This document shows positions 25,275 through 37,242 of a stretch of 64,000 nucleotides of DNA, piece by piece. Every line of letters starts with the position of its first letter. Within the stretch, counting starts at the first letter, position 1. The position numbers and the translations under genes were made by a program. The notes beneath the pieces are model-generated. The model was not told the DNA's origin and did not search any database. It saw nothing but the letters and a program-made list of their open reading frames with translations. Source of the stretch: Polymyxa betae A26-41 (taxonomy: Eukaryota; Protista; Endomyxa: Phytomyxea); NCBI GenBank assembly GCA_003693705.1, contig RBZT01000706.1:1-64000 (forward strand), written 5' to 3'.

Positions 25275-27102
25275 ATGACCCAGGACGACAACGTCGCTAC
25301 CAATTCGATCGCTGCCGGGGCTTTCGCCGGGCCACGATTCGCCTTCGAATTCGGTGGCGACGACGACGCCGCCGTCCAACTCGCCGTCAAACGGCCTCGT
25401 CACCCGGATCATGACGAACTAGCCCAGACCGTCACGGGCGAGTACGTCGCGGTCGACTGGGACCGCAGCTCGGCAACGCAGATCTACGCCGCGGGCCAGT
25501 ACCACTCGCCGGACGACCTGCAGCTGCTGGACGAGCCCGTGGGCGTGTACGACGCCGACCTGTGGCTGGTCGACGCCGTGTTCGACTCGCGTCTGGCGTC
25601 GTGGTCGCAGCCGCGCTCGCTGCTGCACTACGCCCAGACGCCGCTCTCGTTCGAGCCGGGCCTCGGCCCGTTGTGCTGGCCCTTGCACGGGGCCGCGTTC
25701 CGCCAGCACGTGTACAATCGCCGGGCCTGGGTCGTACACGCCGGCCGCCATCGCCTGCATCAGCTGCGGGACGAACTGTGTCAGCTCGACGTCGACGCTC
25801 TGATCGCCGATGCGACGCGAATCGTCGGTTGGCTGCGCGACGGCGACGCCATGCAGTACGTCGACGTCGAATCGGCCGTGCTGGCCCGCGCCCTGTACCG
25901 GGCCGGGCATTCGCTGTATTTCAACCCGGACCTGGATCTGCAGCGCCGGTACGTGCAGGCCCTGAGTGCGGACCTGGGCATGGATTTCGCGGCCGGCGCT
26001 GGCGGCGATCTCGGTGGCGATATCGAGATGTTCGCTGTCCGGGGTGCTCATAGAACGGCGTGGCATTACGATGCCCAACATAACTTCACCATACAGCTGT
26101 CAGGCACTAAACGTTGGTCGATCAAACGTGGCCCGATCACCGACCCGATCAGCAATCTTCATCCGCGATCGACGAATCGCGACGCCGTCCAGGACGACGT
26201 CCGCGTCCATGGCGCTACGGCTGCCGAACCTCTGCGTGATGTTCCTCAGGACGATGATGAGGGCGTGTATCGGTTCACATTACGACCTGGATCTGTGATG
26301 TATCTCCCAGCTGGATGGTGGCATCAGGTTGAGCAGCTCGATCACGAGACGCCATCACTCTCCATGAACTTCTCGATCGATGGATCGCGCTGGGCCGATC
26401 TCTTCATGAACCGTCTCCAGCCGTTGCTCTGGGCCTCTCCAGACTGGAGAGAACGTCCAGACTTCTCCAACGGTCTCGATTCAGCTCGGTACGTTAAGCT
26501 CTACAATCAGTTTTTCTGTCACTTTTTTCCTCTCAAGATTTCGTTCCTCGTCTTGTTTTCTGCCATCATTTCTGTCCCTTTTTTTTGTCTCAAGATGCGT
26601 TTTTCGTCATATTTTCTACCGTCGTTTTTTCAATGAATTAACTGATTTCAGGTCGCATCTGCAATCGATGTTGGATTCTTTTTCGCAAACGATCTCTCAG
26701 TTAAAGGCAGAGGATGTTCTCTCCGAGGGATTGCTGCAGGCGTCGCACCCGAAATCCTCCATTGTTAAACTCGAGCAGCTCGACTGCCCAGACGTGCCTC
26801 TATCTGAACCGTATCGCCGATCGCCTCTCGTCTATCTTGTCGAACTTCCATCTGATGATGATAACGTCAAGTTCTCCATCGTCTCCGGATTTGGAAAGTT
26901 CGCTGATGGCATCAAACCGGAGTTCTGCATCACGATCAGGCTGCCGAAATCTATTCAGGATGCGGCCAGGAGGTTGATCTCGGCCCCCAATCAGATCGTC
27001 ATTCTCAGCGAAATCGCCGCCGGCTTAGAACGAGACGATTTCGAACATTTCCACCATCTTGTCAATGTTCTCGTCAAACATGGATACTTCATTCGAGTTT
27101 AA
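25275..27102 (+). CDS. JmjC/cupin 2-oxoglutarate-Fe(II) oxygenase (Cupin_4/ROX-like), one intron at ~26488-26650
   Basis: HxD...H triad: AWHYD..NFTIQLSGTKRW..LRPGSVMYLPAGWWH; the C-terminal exon ends with a possible winged-helix-like LVKHGYF. Confidence 0.85.
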
Positions 27103-27215
27103 ACATCTTCAATCTACGAATCTTACAACTCAACAGATACATATATATTAGTGTTTATAAATATAGTTTTTTTTCTAAAATTCGAATCTGAAAGATCAGT
27201 AGTCGCAACCGAAAT

Positions 27216-28900
27216 CTAAAAGTAGAAAAGAGAGACAGGATCGTGAATGGCCATAAAATCATAAGGTGATCTATCTGGAAATTCGAGCTGATCGAGCTCA
27301 TTGAACATCTCGGTCATGGTGTCGAACGCCCGTACGGGGACGGGCCACAGATCCGCATGGTTCTTGGGCAGGATTCCCAGCCGGGCCCCGTACCGGCCCG
27401 CCGCCCAGAACAGGTCCAGGCTCAGACCGATGCTGTACGCCTGCTTGAAGAACGCTGAGAACAGTCGTCGCCGCGATGATGAGGCGTCGTCCAGGCCGTA
27501 GACCTGGCGCAGATGGCGTTCCCAGGCGTCCATCAGCGGCGTCATGCTCGCCCAATCGGACGAATGCCGAACAGGCGAATCATGATTGGCGGAGAAAAAC
27601 GTCAGGCCGAACTCCTGCATGAACGCGGAGATAGTACGACCGGATCGCAGGAAGCTGGCAACGGCCGGGTAGAGCGCGGCGATCGGGTCGTCGTTGCTGA
27701 CCTCGAAGATGAAATCGCGCAGAGTCAGGCTCTCAGGGCCGACCTCCTTCCAGATCTGGCGCCCGTTCACGTGCTGGAACGAACCGCGACCCAGCACGAC
27801 GAACGCGATCTGAAACCGGCTCCAATGATGACGGTCGGCGAACGGGTCGTCTTCGGCCTGCAAGACGATGAAATCGCCGCTCTTGGCAACGCTGGCAATC
27901 GGCTGCGAGAAGGTGGCCAGGCGATGGTGGCGGCCATGAATCACGACGATGCGCAGGTGCTTTTGGAGACGGCGAAGGCTCTTGCGGAAGCGCCGCATAA
28001 AGAAGCGCCAGGTGACGAATCGGGATCGCAACAGGCGATGATAGTCCGGATAGAGCAGCAGCGAACATCCCCATTCATATCCGGTTCGATGATGTAATAG
28101 AAATCGGAAGAATTCGTAAAAAGTCGTACAAGGATGAAGAGCTTTATCCCAGAAGCCGGCGGCCCCATATGGCGTTATATGACGAAGGTAGAGCGATTCG
28201 GTCGCTTCACAATATTGCTTCAGATTGCAAGCATGGACGGGTTTCATGTGATAGGGCGAATTCGGTCGTTTTGGTAAACAATATGGAGATGAACCTGAAG
28301 TGAGCTGGCATAATGACATCCAGAATTCGGCAGGTTTAGATTTGAAATCTGTTCAGGTTGAAAATCGAGTCCAGGGTTTAGGGTTTCCTCTACCTTGATG
28401 GAGTGCCCGGTTGGTTTTCGATAGGGCTACGAGATCGCTGGTGGATAGATATTGATAGATCGCAATGTAATGAACAGAGCTAAGAATGTCGCTAAGGTTC
28501 ATAGAGAGCTATTTGCAGGAACAAGCCATGACATGCAGCAGACCCGTCTCAGGTGACATCACCCAAGCTGTCGTAGCCTCCCGATCACTTGCCTTAGAAC
28601 GTCGTTAAACAGTCCATTAAAAGCGAAATTCTCTATAAACTCTGAATACTGCCCATTCGCTTACCGTAAAAAGGTTTGTACGAGAAGTGAAATCTTCCCG
28701 AAATATTACAGGTCGTAATAGCGGCCTTGATCTTGTTAAAGCAGACTTGAGCCATTCGGGTTGATAGCAGTTGAATAAGCAGAAACGTGCACATAGGGCT
28801 TTATTGTCGAATAAATAATCATACAGTCTTAATACCAAGTTGTCGTCCAAATCATTCGATTAGCTATTGAATGACGCACGATTGGTTCGTGCCAACAAAT
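27216..28900 (-). CDS. Hypothetical protein with Cbl-TKB-like EF-hand/degenerate SH2 region; may be the 3' part of the PH-domain gene
   Basis: 367-aa terminal ORF plus upstream exons; AAGFWDKA, IHG..GDFIVL..FQIAFV..FQH. Confidence 0.55.
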
Positions 28901-28949
28901 ATAATATATAGTACGAAGCAACTCATCACAACTGTGATGTGAAGAGATG

Positions 28950-29826
28950 GACATCACGCCTGGGTAAGCACTTTGTCAAATGCAGAGAACCAGATGTCAC
29001 GGTCATCCTCTGAAATGCCTTCAAGAAAATACTGTCGATCATCAGTCATTATAGCGAAAGCTCTTGGGGAAGGGATCGCCTCAGCGACGTTGGGCAGAAG
29101 GTAGCTTCGCCTCAAGGGAATACTCCCAAGACAGTTAATGGAATGCCCTTCAGGAATACCCTTAAAATAAAATAACGCAGGGGCAGCTCCGGATACAAGA
29201 ACGAAATATCGCTCGTGCCAAGATTTATGAGAGCCTCCTGCAAAACTATCAGCTCTGGGAAGTTAATCTAAAAAATGCTGGTCAACAAAATCCAGCAAAT
29301 TTCGTCTGAAAGCCAAGATGGCTAATGTGTGAAGAAATCCGCCAACGAAAACGCTTCAACAAGAATGAAAAAGTACTTGCCGACCTTGTTTCTTCAAAAA
29401 ACCACGGTGCACAGCTTTGCTTAAAAGGCTCCAAGAAGGATATTTGGGGATCGCAGGTGGCACTTCACTAAATATTTTGGAGAAGAAAATCGCCTTCGCA
29501 ATACGATCGACCCATTGGTTCAACTGCATGATTGAAGACGCGACCAGATGATATGTCTTCTGTTTTAGACATAAATGAAACTCAAACTGACGCAGCCGTG
29601 CGCTTTCCGAAGGGATCTGAATCGATGCCGAGTCGTCTAAGGTTAACGAACCTGCAGGAATCGAATCGGATGGCTCCTTGAAGTACGACAGAAGAGCGCC
29701 GTGCAGGACGAAAAAGCGATTCTGGAACGTACAACCTTTCGTGCCGCTTCGCTTGAGCAGTGGACCATACAATGCAATCGGGAAGGAACCAGGGCAACCG
29801 AATTGGTCATAGTCTAGCTGTACCAT
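28950..29826 (-). CDS. Tandem PH-domain protein (or the 5' exons of a longer gene)
   Basis: PH1: GPLLKR..FQNRFFVLHGALLSYFK..YHLVASS..QWVDRI. PH2: RGFLKKQG..WHERYFVL..LFYFK..DRDIWFSAF. Confidence 0.8.
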
Positions 29827-30144
29827 GATGGAAGGCGGCTACCTGGAGCTTGTTGGCATATAGAGATGTGTGAATGAAATGAGAGAAAATGAAATGGGAG
29901 AAAATAGGTGACCTGCAGGCCGCACCCTACTTAGGGTTGCCCTCTACTTACACCCCATTATCCCCATCTACATACACCCCATCACCCCATCTAGTCAAAT
30001 TTCCCCATTAGTCTACCATAGAGTAGTGTGTTTCTCGTCTACTAACAGATCTTCTGCATCTGCTGATCTCATCGTTTAGTTAATTTGTCTTGTTGGCATT
30101 ACCATTCACAGTTCAGAATCCTGAAGTTCCAATACCAGACCGAG

Positions 30145-30930
30145 ATGGTACTTGAGATTGATCATATCCTTATATGATTCGTCACGATGGCGTGCCTCTT
30201 GCTGAATTCCTAAGGAGCCAAATTGAACTGCAGCGGCTGCAATCGGGCTGGACTTCCGCTGTAACTAGGCTTCGATCGAAGGTCGAATCGCAGAGGTCCA
30301 TTGCCCATACTTTATCGTCACAAATTCTGTCTTCACAAATGGCTTCGGAATCAATTCGTGATGAAGTCAGAGAGGCCAAAATGAAGATCAAAAAGTCGCG
30401 TCACGAATTGCAATCTTTGAAAAGACGCAACCACAGAGTCAATTTAGAGATTGAATCGACTGCAATTACGATTGAAAAGGCAAAATTAGATAGGCGGCGA
30501 GAAGAAATAATTGGTCGTACTGCCCCTGCGTCTACCAGCACTACTGAGAATGCAGAATCGCCAACTGAACAGAAGATATCGCATGTTTCCGCACAGGAAC
30601 ATCCCAAGATTATACAGCAAAAGCAAAAGCCAAGGAGTAATGATACATCAGAAGAGCGACGTAGTTCAGAGATGTGTTTAGGTTCGCTCCAGCAACAGTG
30701 AGTGTATATGCTTAAAGCTAACTGACATGAATCTGATTACAAACAGAAACAGGCGAATTCATTGTGAAGTAATATCTGCGATAGAATTAACGAAATTTCT
30801 ATTGTGCGAGCTGGGATGTCCAGATAGTGAGCATTCTGATTCGGAGACAGCACCCAGCACATGGACTGTTCTCAAAAATCTATTGCTAAAGTTGAACGAT
30901 GAGCTAGATCGCCAGCTACCGTTTAGGTGA
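30145..30930 (+). CDS. Coiled-coil hypothetical protein
   Basis: 175-aa heptad-rich ORF plus a short second exon after a GT-AG intron. Confidence 0.5.
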
Positions 30931-30948
30931 CAATATATACATTTATCT

Positions 30949-32164
30949 CTAAAATGCTTCAAACAGTGCAGCGTCTGCGGGAGATAGTTCGATCGTCTTC
31001 CCCCGTTCCACAGAATCTGGGTATTTGTCGAAGTTCGTAGTATCGCTTTCTGAGGCGATATGCGGAATATATGGAGGAATCAACTGCCTCTGAATGGTAG
31101 CTTCCCAATCTATCCCCTTAAACCATTTGTGCATCTTGATATCATCTACTCCTGCCTTTAAGCAACCATATCTCTTGGTACGATCTGCTGTAAGTAAGCG
31201 CCTTACGAGATCCTTGGCGTTCGGATCGAAATGCTTGGGGAAGTCAACGGTACCATCGAGAATTTTTTGGTAGATTCCAAACGGGTTTTCATCATAGAAA
31301 GGTGGATAACCAGCGATCATTTCAAAAATCAATACTCCAAGTGCCCACCAATCAACAGCTTTCCCGTGTCCTTTGCTCTGAATAATTTCAGGAGCCAAGT
31401 ACTCGGGCGTTCCACAAAGTGTCCATGTACGATCTTCTACGTATTTTGCGAATCCAAAATCGGTGATTTTTACATGCCCTTCTCTATCAATCAAAATATT
31501 CTCTATATTCGCTACACTTAGAAATAGGGTCGATCTAAAAAATCATTACCTGGTTTAAGATCTCTGTAAACGACGTTTCGTTTGTGGCAGAATTCCAAAG
31601 CGAGTACTATCTCGGCAGCGTAAAATCTATAAAACAAAAGCACTTTAGTATCCATTCGAATAGACTTAAGTGGAATTCACCTGCTGGCTTCATTAGAGAA
31701 TCTCCTTGCTTTTCTCAATTGAGAAAACAGCTCACCTCCGATAACGTACTCCATCACCATGTAAAGTCGTTTCTAACAAACAATTAATGGAGATAAGGAG
31801 AGTGTGAATCTTTACAGACCTCGTCTTGGAAGGAAGCGTAAAAATTCACAATGAAAGGATGACATATTGAATTCAGGATCTGCTTCTCATCCTTGATGTG
31901 CTCTACTTGCTTCAACCGGATTATCTCGGTCTTCTTTAGCATTTTTAGTGCCATATGGTAAGTCGTCCCATCAATTTGGGCAGATGCAAGACGAACGCGC
32001 CCAAACGTTCCGGTTCCCAAAGTCGGTCCAAGCGTAAATAGGCTCAAATCGATCTTGTTTCTAGATGCAAACCACTCGCGAATCAACTTGGTCGTCGGGT
32101 TGAGGCAAATGTCATCCAGGCTTCCCCCGGATCGCTTCTTCTTGCCTTTAAAGAGGAACGACAT
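30949..32164 (-). CDS. cAMP-dependent protein kinase catalytic subunit (PKA-C/PRKX-like)
   Basis: [62 protein letters not shown]. Confidence 0.96.
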
Positions 32165-32524
32165 GAGCAGACCCTGTTTTCACGACAAAATCTGCCGAGA
32201 AATCAGAATAATGGCTAAAAGCAGGGCTGCTCTTAATTCTGCAGAGCTTCGTAACGGTCGCCTGTGTGACGCGCGTCCATAAGCTGCGAGTGCGACCTCC
32301 TTTCGATTTCTCATTCATTCTGGCTGCTTTGTCGAATCTCGATCTTCTCGTCATCAGCTAGAAGCTTCTGGTAACAGCATTCTGATGAAACGCTTTGGAT
32401 TGGTCAATCGACGAATGTGGGTTCGCTTGCTAATAAGAGGAATCATCATGCTATGACTTTTAACACGTTATTGGGCGAAACTAGCGACAGTGATAAAGAT
32501 AGAGAATTTATTCGAGGTATTGAT

Positions 32525-33505
32525 TTAATGTTGTGCTGACGCTTCGACCTGCTTGCGAATATCCTGCAGCAATGCAGAAGCTCCCTTCTTCTTTAATTCA
32601 AGGCCAAGTTTTTGACCGATGGCTTCAGCGTCGCTATTACTTTTGCATAATTCCGTCAAGGTATCTTCGATTAATGTCTTGCCGTCAAGGCCAACAACGA
32701 CACCATAAATCGTTAAATTCCCAGTGGCCGCATCAAAATCAGCATTTACGCCAATGGGCACTTTACAGCCGCCTTCTAAAGTTCGCAATAACGCCCTTTC
32801 GGCAGCGCAGACCATGAAAGCTTCAGGATCGTTGATCTGTTGAGCAATAGTGAAGCTCCTTTCATCGTCTTCACGACATACAACAGCAAGAGCACCTTGT
32901 GAAACAGCATACGGCCAATCCAGCAAATCCACAGCAATCTGGTCTTGAAGCTCCAATCGATGTAGAGCAGCTGCGGCTAATATCAAGCCATCGGCTTTGC
33001 CGGATTGCATATGCTTCAATCGGGTTTGGATATTTCCACGAACCTCGACGCAGACGAGGTGAGGATAATGATGAGCCAGAAGAGCTCGTCTTCGGACAGA
33101 TGAAGTCCCGATTCTAGTTCCTGCTGGCAGATCGTTTAACGAGTGGATGTTAGTTTTATCGTTGAGAACCAGAACATCATGACGATGCTGACGGGCGAGA
33201 ACGGCAGCTAGAATCAATCCGGACGGCAATGTACTTGGTAGATCCTTACAGGAATGCACAGCTAAGTCGATCTCGTTGACAGCAAGGGCTCGATCGAGAT
33301 TCTGAGTGAACACTCCTTTGTTCGTGAACTGGGATAAAGGAGTTTGAAGGTCATTATCAGCCTCGGATGTCAACCCCTTTACAGGGACCCTATCAAGCGG
33401 CGTCTGAGTAGCTTTACATATCCGTTCCTGAACGAGATATGACTGCCACAATGCTAATGGTGATGCACGACCGCCGACAACGAGGGGGGAATTGCCTATC
33501 GTCAT
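32525..33505 (-). CDS. HMBS: Porphobilinogen deaminase (hydroxymethylbilane synthase), intronless
   Basis: GGRASPLALWQ, KGVFT, DLAVHSCKDLP, IGTSSVRR, RGNIQTRL, AVSQGAL, AERALLRTLEGGCKVPIG. Confidence 0.97.
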   Translation of the reverse strand: MTIGNSPLVVGGRASPLALWQSYLVQERICKATQTPLDRVPVKGLTSEADNDLQTPLSQFTNKGVFTQNLDRALAVNEIDLAVHSCKDLPSTLPSGLILAAVLARQHRHDVLVLNDKTNIHSLNDLPAGTRIGTSSVRRRALLAHHYPHLVCVEVRGNIQTRLKHMQSGKADGLILAAAALHRLELQDQIAVDLLDWPYAVSQGALAVVCREDDERSFTIAQQINDPEAFMVCAAERALLRTLEGGCKVPIGVNADFDAATGNLTIYGVVVGLDGKTLIEDTLTELCKSNSDAEAIGQKLGLELKKKGASALLQDIRKQVEASAQH

Positions 33506-33811
33506 CAATGGTGTCGGCTGTCGGTTTAATGCGATTGCGACGCAAAAAGTACGATCTTCTGTTGAGCTCTGATTGATCAAGCGGCGTTCAGCAAAACTTG
33601 GATAACAACTTTCTGAGCAACCCGATAGTTAAAGCTCACAGTATATATAATTCGAGGACGCTCCATTCTCCACTTCTTCTCGAATAGAAAAAGGCAACGC
33701 TGAAGACGAGAATCGACAACTGTAAATGGGATAAAGAAGCTTCTCGAATAGCTGGCTGGTACAATAGTTTATCTGGTTATTATAGTACGCAATGGCGAAT
33801 CTGAACTGAGC

Positions 33812-34303
33812 TCATCTTCTAGGCAAAGCATCAGGAAATTCGCTTTCATAGGTCCTTTCAGGACGCGTGTCGCCGCGGCCATCGTCGTTCAATCCGAATC
33901 CAGGATCGAACCGCCGTTGGTAGAGCGACGGATCTCTGATGAAATCGGGATCTTGATGGCAAGCGAGATCACGAGCTCTCAATGCCGGAGGCGGCCTTTG
34001 TGGTTTGCTAGCTGCAGCGGGCTTGTTCACCTGAGTCCCAAAAATCTTCCTTCTCGTTCTTGCATAATGATCTTGTCGCTGAGTGTTATCCATCAACGCC
34101 AAGGTCGGGCGCGAAGAGCTTTCAGTATGTTCAAGTCCGATATCTGCCCTCTTCAATAACTGAACCGTAGGTTTCGATTTCGGTGGATCCAGCTGGACAA
34201 CTGATTCAGGTGGCGGTTGTTCCTGCGGTTGCTGCTCCTCATCAGAATCCTCCCATGAATCCGGGACTTTGCTCGGCGGAGGAACAGGAACGAGACGCCT
34301 CAT
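33812..34303 (-). CDS. SUZ-domain protein (SZRD1-like)
   Basis: VPDSWED, VQLLKR and QRQDHYARTRRKIFG motifs. Confidence 0.7.
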   Translation of the reverse strand: MRRLVPVPPPSKVPDSWEDSDEEQQPQEQPPPESVVQLDPPKSKPTVQLLKRADIGLEHTESSSRPTLALMDNTQRQDHYARTRRKIFGTQVNKPAAASKPQRPPPALRARDLACHQDPDFIRDPSLYQRRFDPGFGLNDDGRGDTRPERTYESEFPDALPRR

Positions 34304-34423
34304 ATGAAAGAGGCAGTTCGCACGGAATTTGAGAGAGGCAGATTTAGAGAGCCAGGCGACGGTGGCGCAGCCCCCTTGGCTAAAATCATTCATCAAGCTG
34401 ATTAGCCGAGCCAACGTGGGCGG

Positions 34424-36659
34424 ATGCAGCTTCGATCATCAATCTCTAAAGTAGTCAAGTATAGGAACGGTCGAAGAGCCTATCGCCGACACTCAGGTCT
34501 TCAAATCATTGGAACTCAAAGCTTTGAAGATTGCAAGATTGAGGCTCCGTATTGCGACTTAGATAACACTGAACAAGAAGTTACTTTTATCATGAGATAT
34601 CTATTTGGAAGCAAAGCGTTTTAACCCTATAGTGAAAGAGATGTTTGCAAGTAACTATTTGATTGTGAAGACGGATCCGAGGCGCTAAACTAGTCTGTCC
34701 AAGAAAAGATTTGGCTTGATCGTGGCATTCAGTAGTCAGAAGGCGATCGCTAGCACATTCAGCGCTGTGCGCTGCAGCACAAAAACAGTCGAGACCAGCT
34801 CGAAACGCCATTTTAAGTGAAAGATAATTACAGGCGTATATGACCAAACGAGACATAAATGCTGTTTCGAACGAGTTTGCAGTCAATAATTCGGCACTGA
34901 GATCGACAGACAAAGTGTCGTGTTGAATGCACACAGGCAATCGGAGCTATGAGATTATGGACGTCAATCAGGCGAAGAGGTTTGCTGCTCTGACGAAGAC
35001 TCTGGGTTGCTTGCCTCTAATCGGACTTGCCGCACTACCTACAGAACCATTCTGGATGGCTTGTTATACTGTTTTCCATTAACAGGCTCATCACTTGCAA
35101 TATCCAGAAAAGGTCATCATGAGATCCGGGAGACAAGGCCGAAGAATGCGTAGTATCGATTTAGTACCATTATAGGCAGTATTACTGTAGGTCTGGGTGT
35201 GGACTAATCTAATGGAATTGACGGGGACGGCTCTCATCGATCATCTGGTAGGATGCTTCGTTACCAACTCTCCTATGAAAGCATTGTGATTGGTCGAACT
35301 TAGCAATTTCTGATCGCTGGCGTCGAAGGGCAAACCGCACGCGGGCTATTGCAGTTTCTGGCTGGATTATCGCCCAGGCTATGGGGACAAGTTCGGGCGT
35401 CGGCTTTGCTCCCAGATATGATTGCCGCCTGTTCTAGACGACCGCTGGATCTAGCGATGCTTGTGTATTTATGCACGGAATCTCCCGCCACAATCTCGTC
35501 GGTGACGTCGGCATGCATCCTGCCGTGCCTCTCAGTTTTATCTGGAGAAATCAATGCTGTTGAGCTAGATTCACAGCCTGGCTCTTCTGCTCCCAGTAGC
35601 CAAGTTCGCAGGCGTCGCAAGAGGCTTCGAGATGAGTCGGAATCTAATGGGATTCAGCCAATAATCAGATTGCCAGAGACTTGTCAATTAGCACACAGCA
35701 GGCCATCTCTTCTTATGGGACATAGTCTCTCCAGGGCTACTTGCGATCCTAATTTCGCCCAGATGCTCTATAATCACTTCGAATTTCTACCTGTGATAAG
35801 ACAGCTGATTAACACAGACTTTCAAGATTCGTTAAGGAACCATTACATGGCTTTTCGTTTACACAAATGTCTTTCCATTCTGGAGAACATCTCATCCTTA
35901 GAAGGATTTCCTGGTCACAAGAAATCTGATTTAATGCAATGTCTGCTGCCATGGCTAGATCAAGTTCTTGCCTTGGAATGCGAGATGTGGATCAATGATG
36001 AGGCCGATCATGCTTTACTGCAAAGTGTTTGCTGTGCTCTTCGTGCTCTCACCAATTTAACCAACGGAGATGCTAATACATGCGCTGCATTGCGATCTGC
36101 CAAAGGGATCAAAACTGCTATTCGCGTCATTCAACTGTGTGAGAGCGCGGTTGTTAGAAGCAGTGCCGCCTGCGATCTTATAACAATCGCTGTCGCGTTG
36201 TTGACCAACTGTGCCGAAGTCGATCAGACAGCACAAAGGCTACTTTGTGGCGAGCCGGTCTTAACCGACCTGTTCCAAGGCGTTTCTCAGTTTTGGCAAG
36301 TTGCTGTTGATACAGAACATCCTGAAAGCGAACAGATGGTTCATGTACGGACTCTGGTCGTTGTTTGGGCATTTTAATGATTGTTGTTTTAGTGCCGAAC
36401 CGTTGCTGGCTATGTATCATTGCTTATTAGTGTTTTATATCTGGGCTGCTCAGGTCAACGTGAAGCTTTATCGCGTTCTTGTTCAATCCCGATGGTGGCC
36501 GACATTCTTGATCAGTTCGCTATTCTGACGAAGCTTGGCCATCCTGAACAAACGCAGATGATTGATGAGATCACAAGAATACATCGGCGGCTTGTATCAT
36601 GTATTGGGATGTGTGAACTTTCTAAGAGCTCTAGTTGCAGTCCTGCCTCTGTTACATAA
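34424..36659 (+). CDS. WAPL-like helical-repeat protein (cohesin release factor candidate); 5' end uncertain
   Basis: 342-aa core ORF with CLSILENIS, ALRALTNLTNGD and AVALLTNCAE, resembling the WAPL C-terminal repeats. Confidence 0.55.
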
Positions 36660-37242
36660 ATGTCTAAAATTGACTCGGTCGAGCTGGACTAATATCTGAT
36701 ACGGAATGCAACAAAGAGGTTCTTTTTCAATTTCCAGGCAGAATAGATGGAGTTTCTCCTCCGGCGGAGAACTATGCAATGCGATGGAATCGTTTAGTAT
36801 GTTGAACGAAGTCAATGGTCAGTGATGTCAAACCAACGGGTAGTTTAAAAAATCGCAAAAACGTATAGTAAGAAACATGGACACTCTCTGTCTGTCAAGT
36901 CATCAACGCGTTTATCGCCTCCGACCGATCGATATGAAGGTCCCACCAACACATGATGAATAAATCGTTTAGACCTAAGGGTCACCACATAGATGCTCGT
37001 TCTCAAAAAGCAGGTTTCCAGAACATTTTGCCTCTTGCATCACGCATTGGACGATTTGGCCCTTTATTGCTTGAGCGGCCTTCTGCCGGTAACCGATTGT
37101 CTGCGTTAACGTTACAACGAATGCTTGAATAACGAATGAATCCCTTTCCGTTACCTGCGAGCCAGTATCTAAAAGTGTTAAGTCGCCAGTGGAGGCCGGC
37201 TGCCCTCTCAGAAGCAAGAAGACGGGTCTGTCATCACGAAGA

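Noticed and set aside
25419-28097. Long antisense or alternate-frame ORFs (25419..26081, 25562..26053, 27513..28097)
   Set aside because: These are shadows of GC-rich coding sequence, which is depleted of stop codons.
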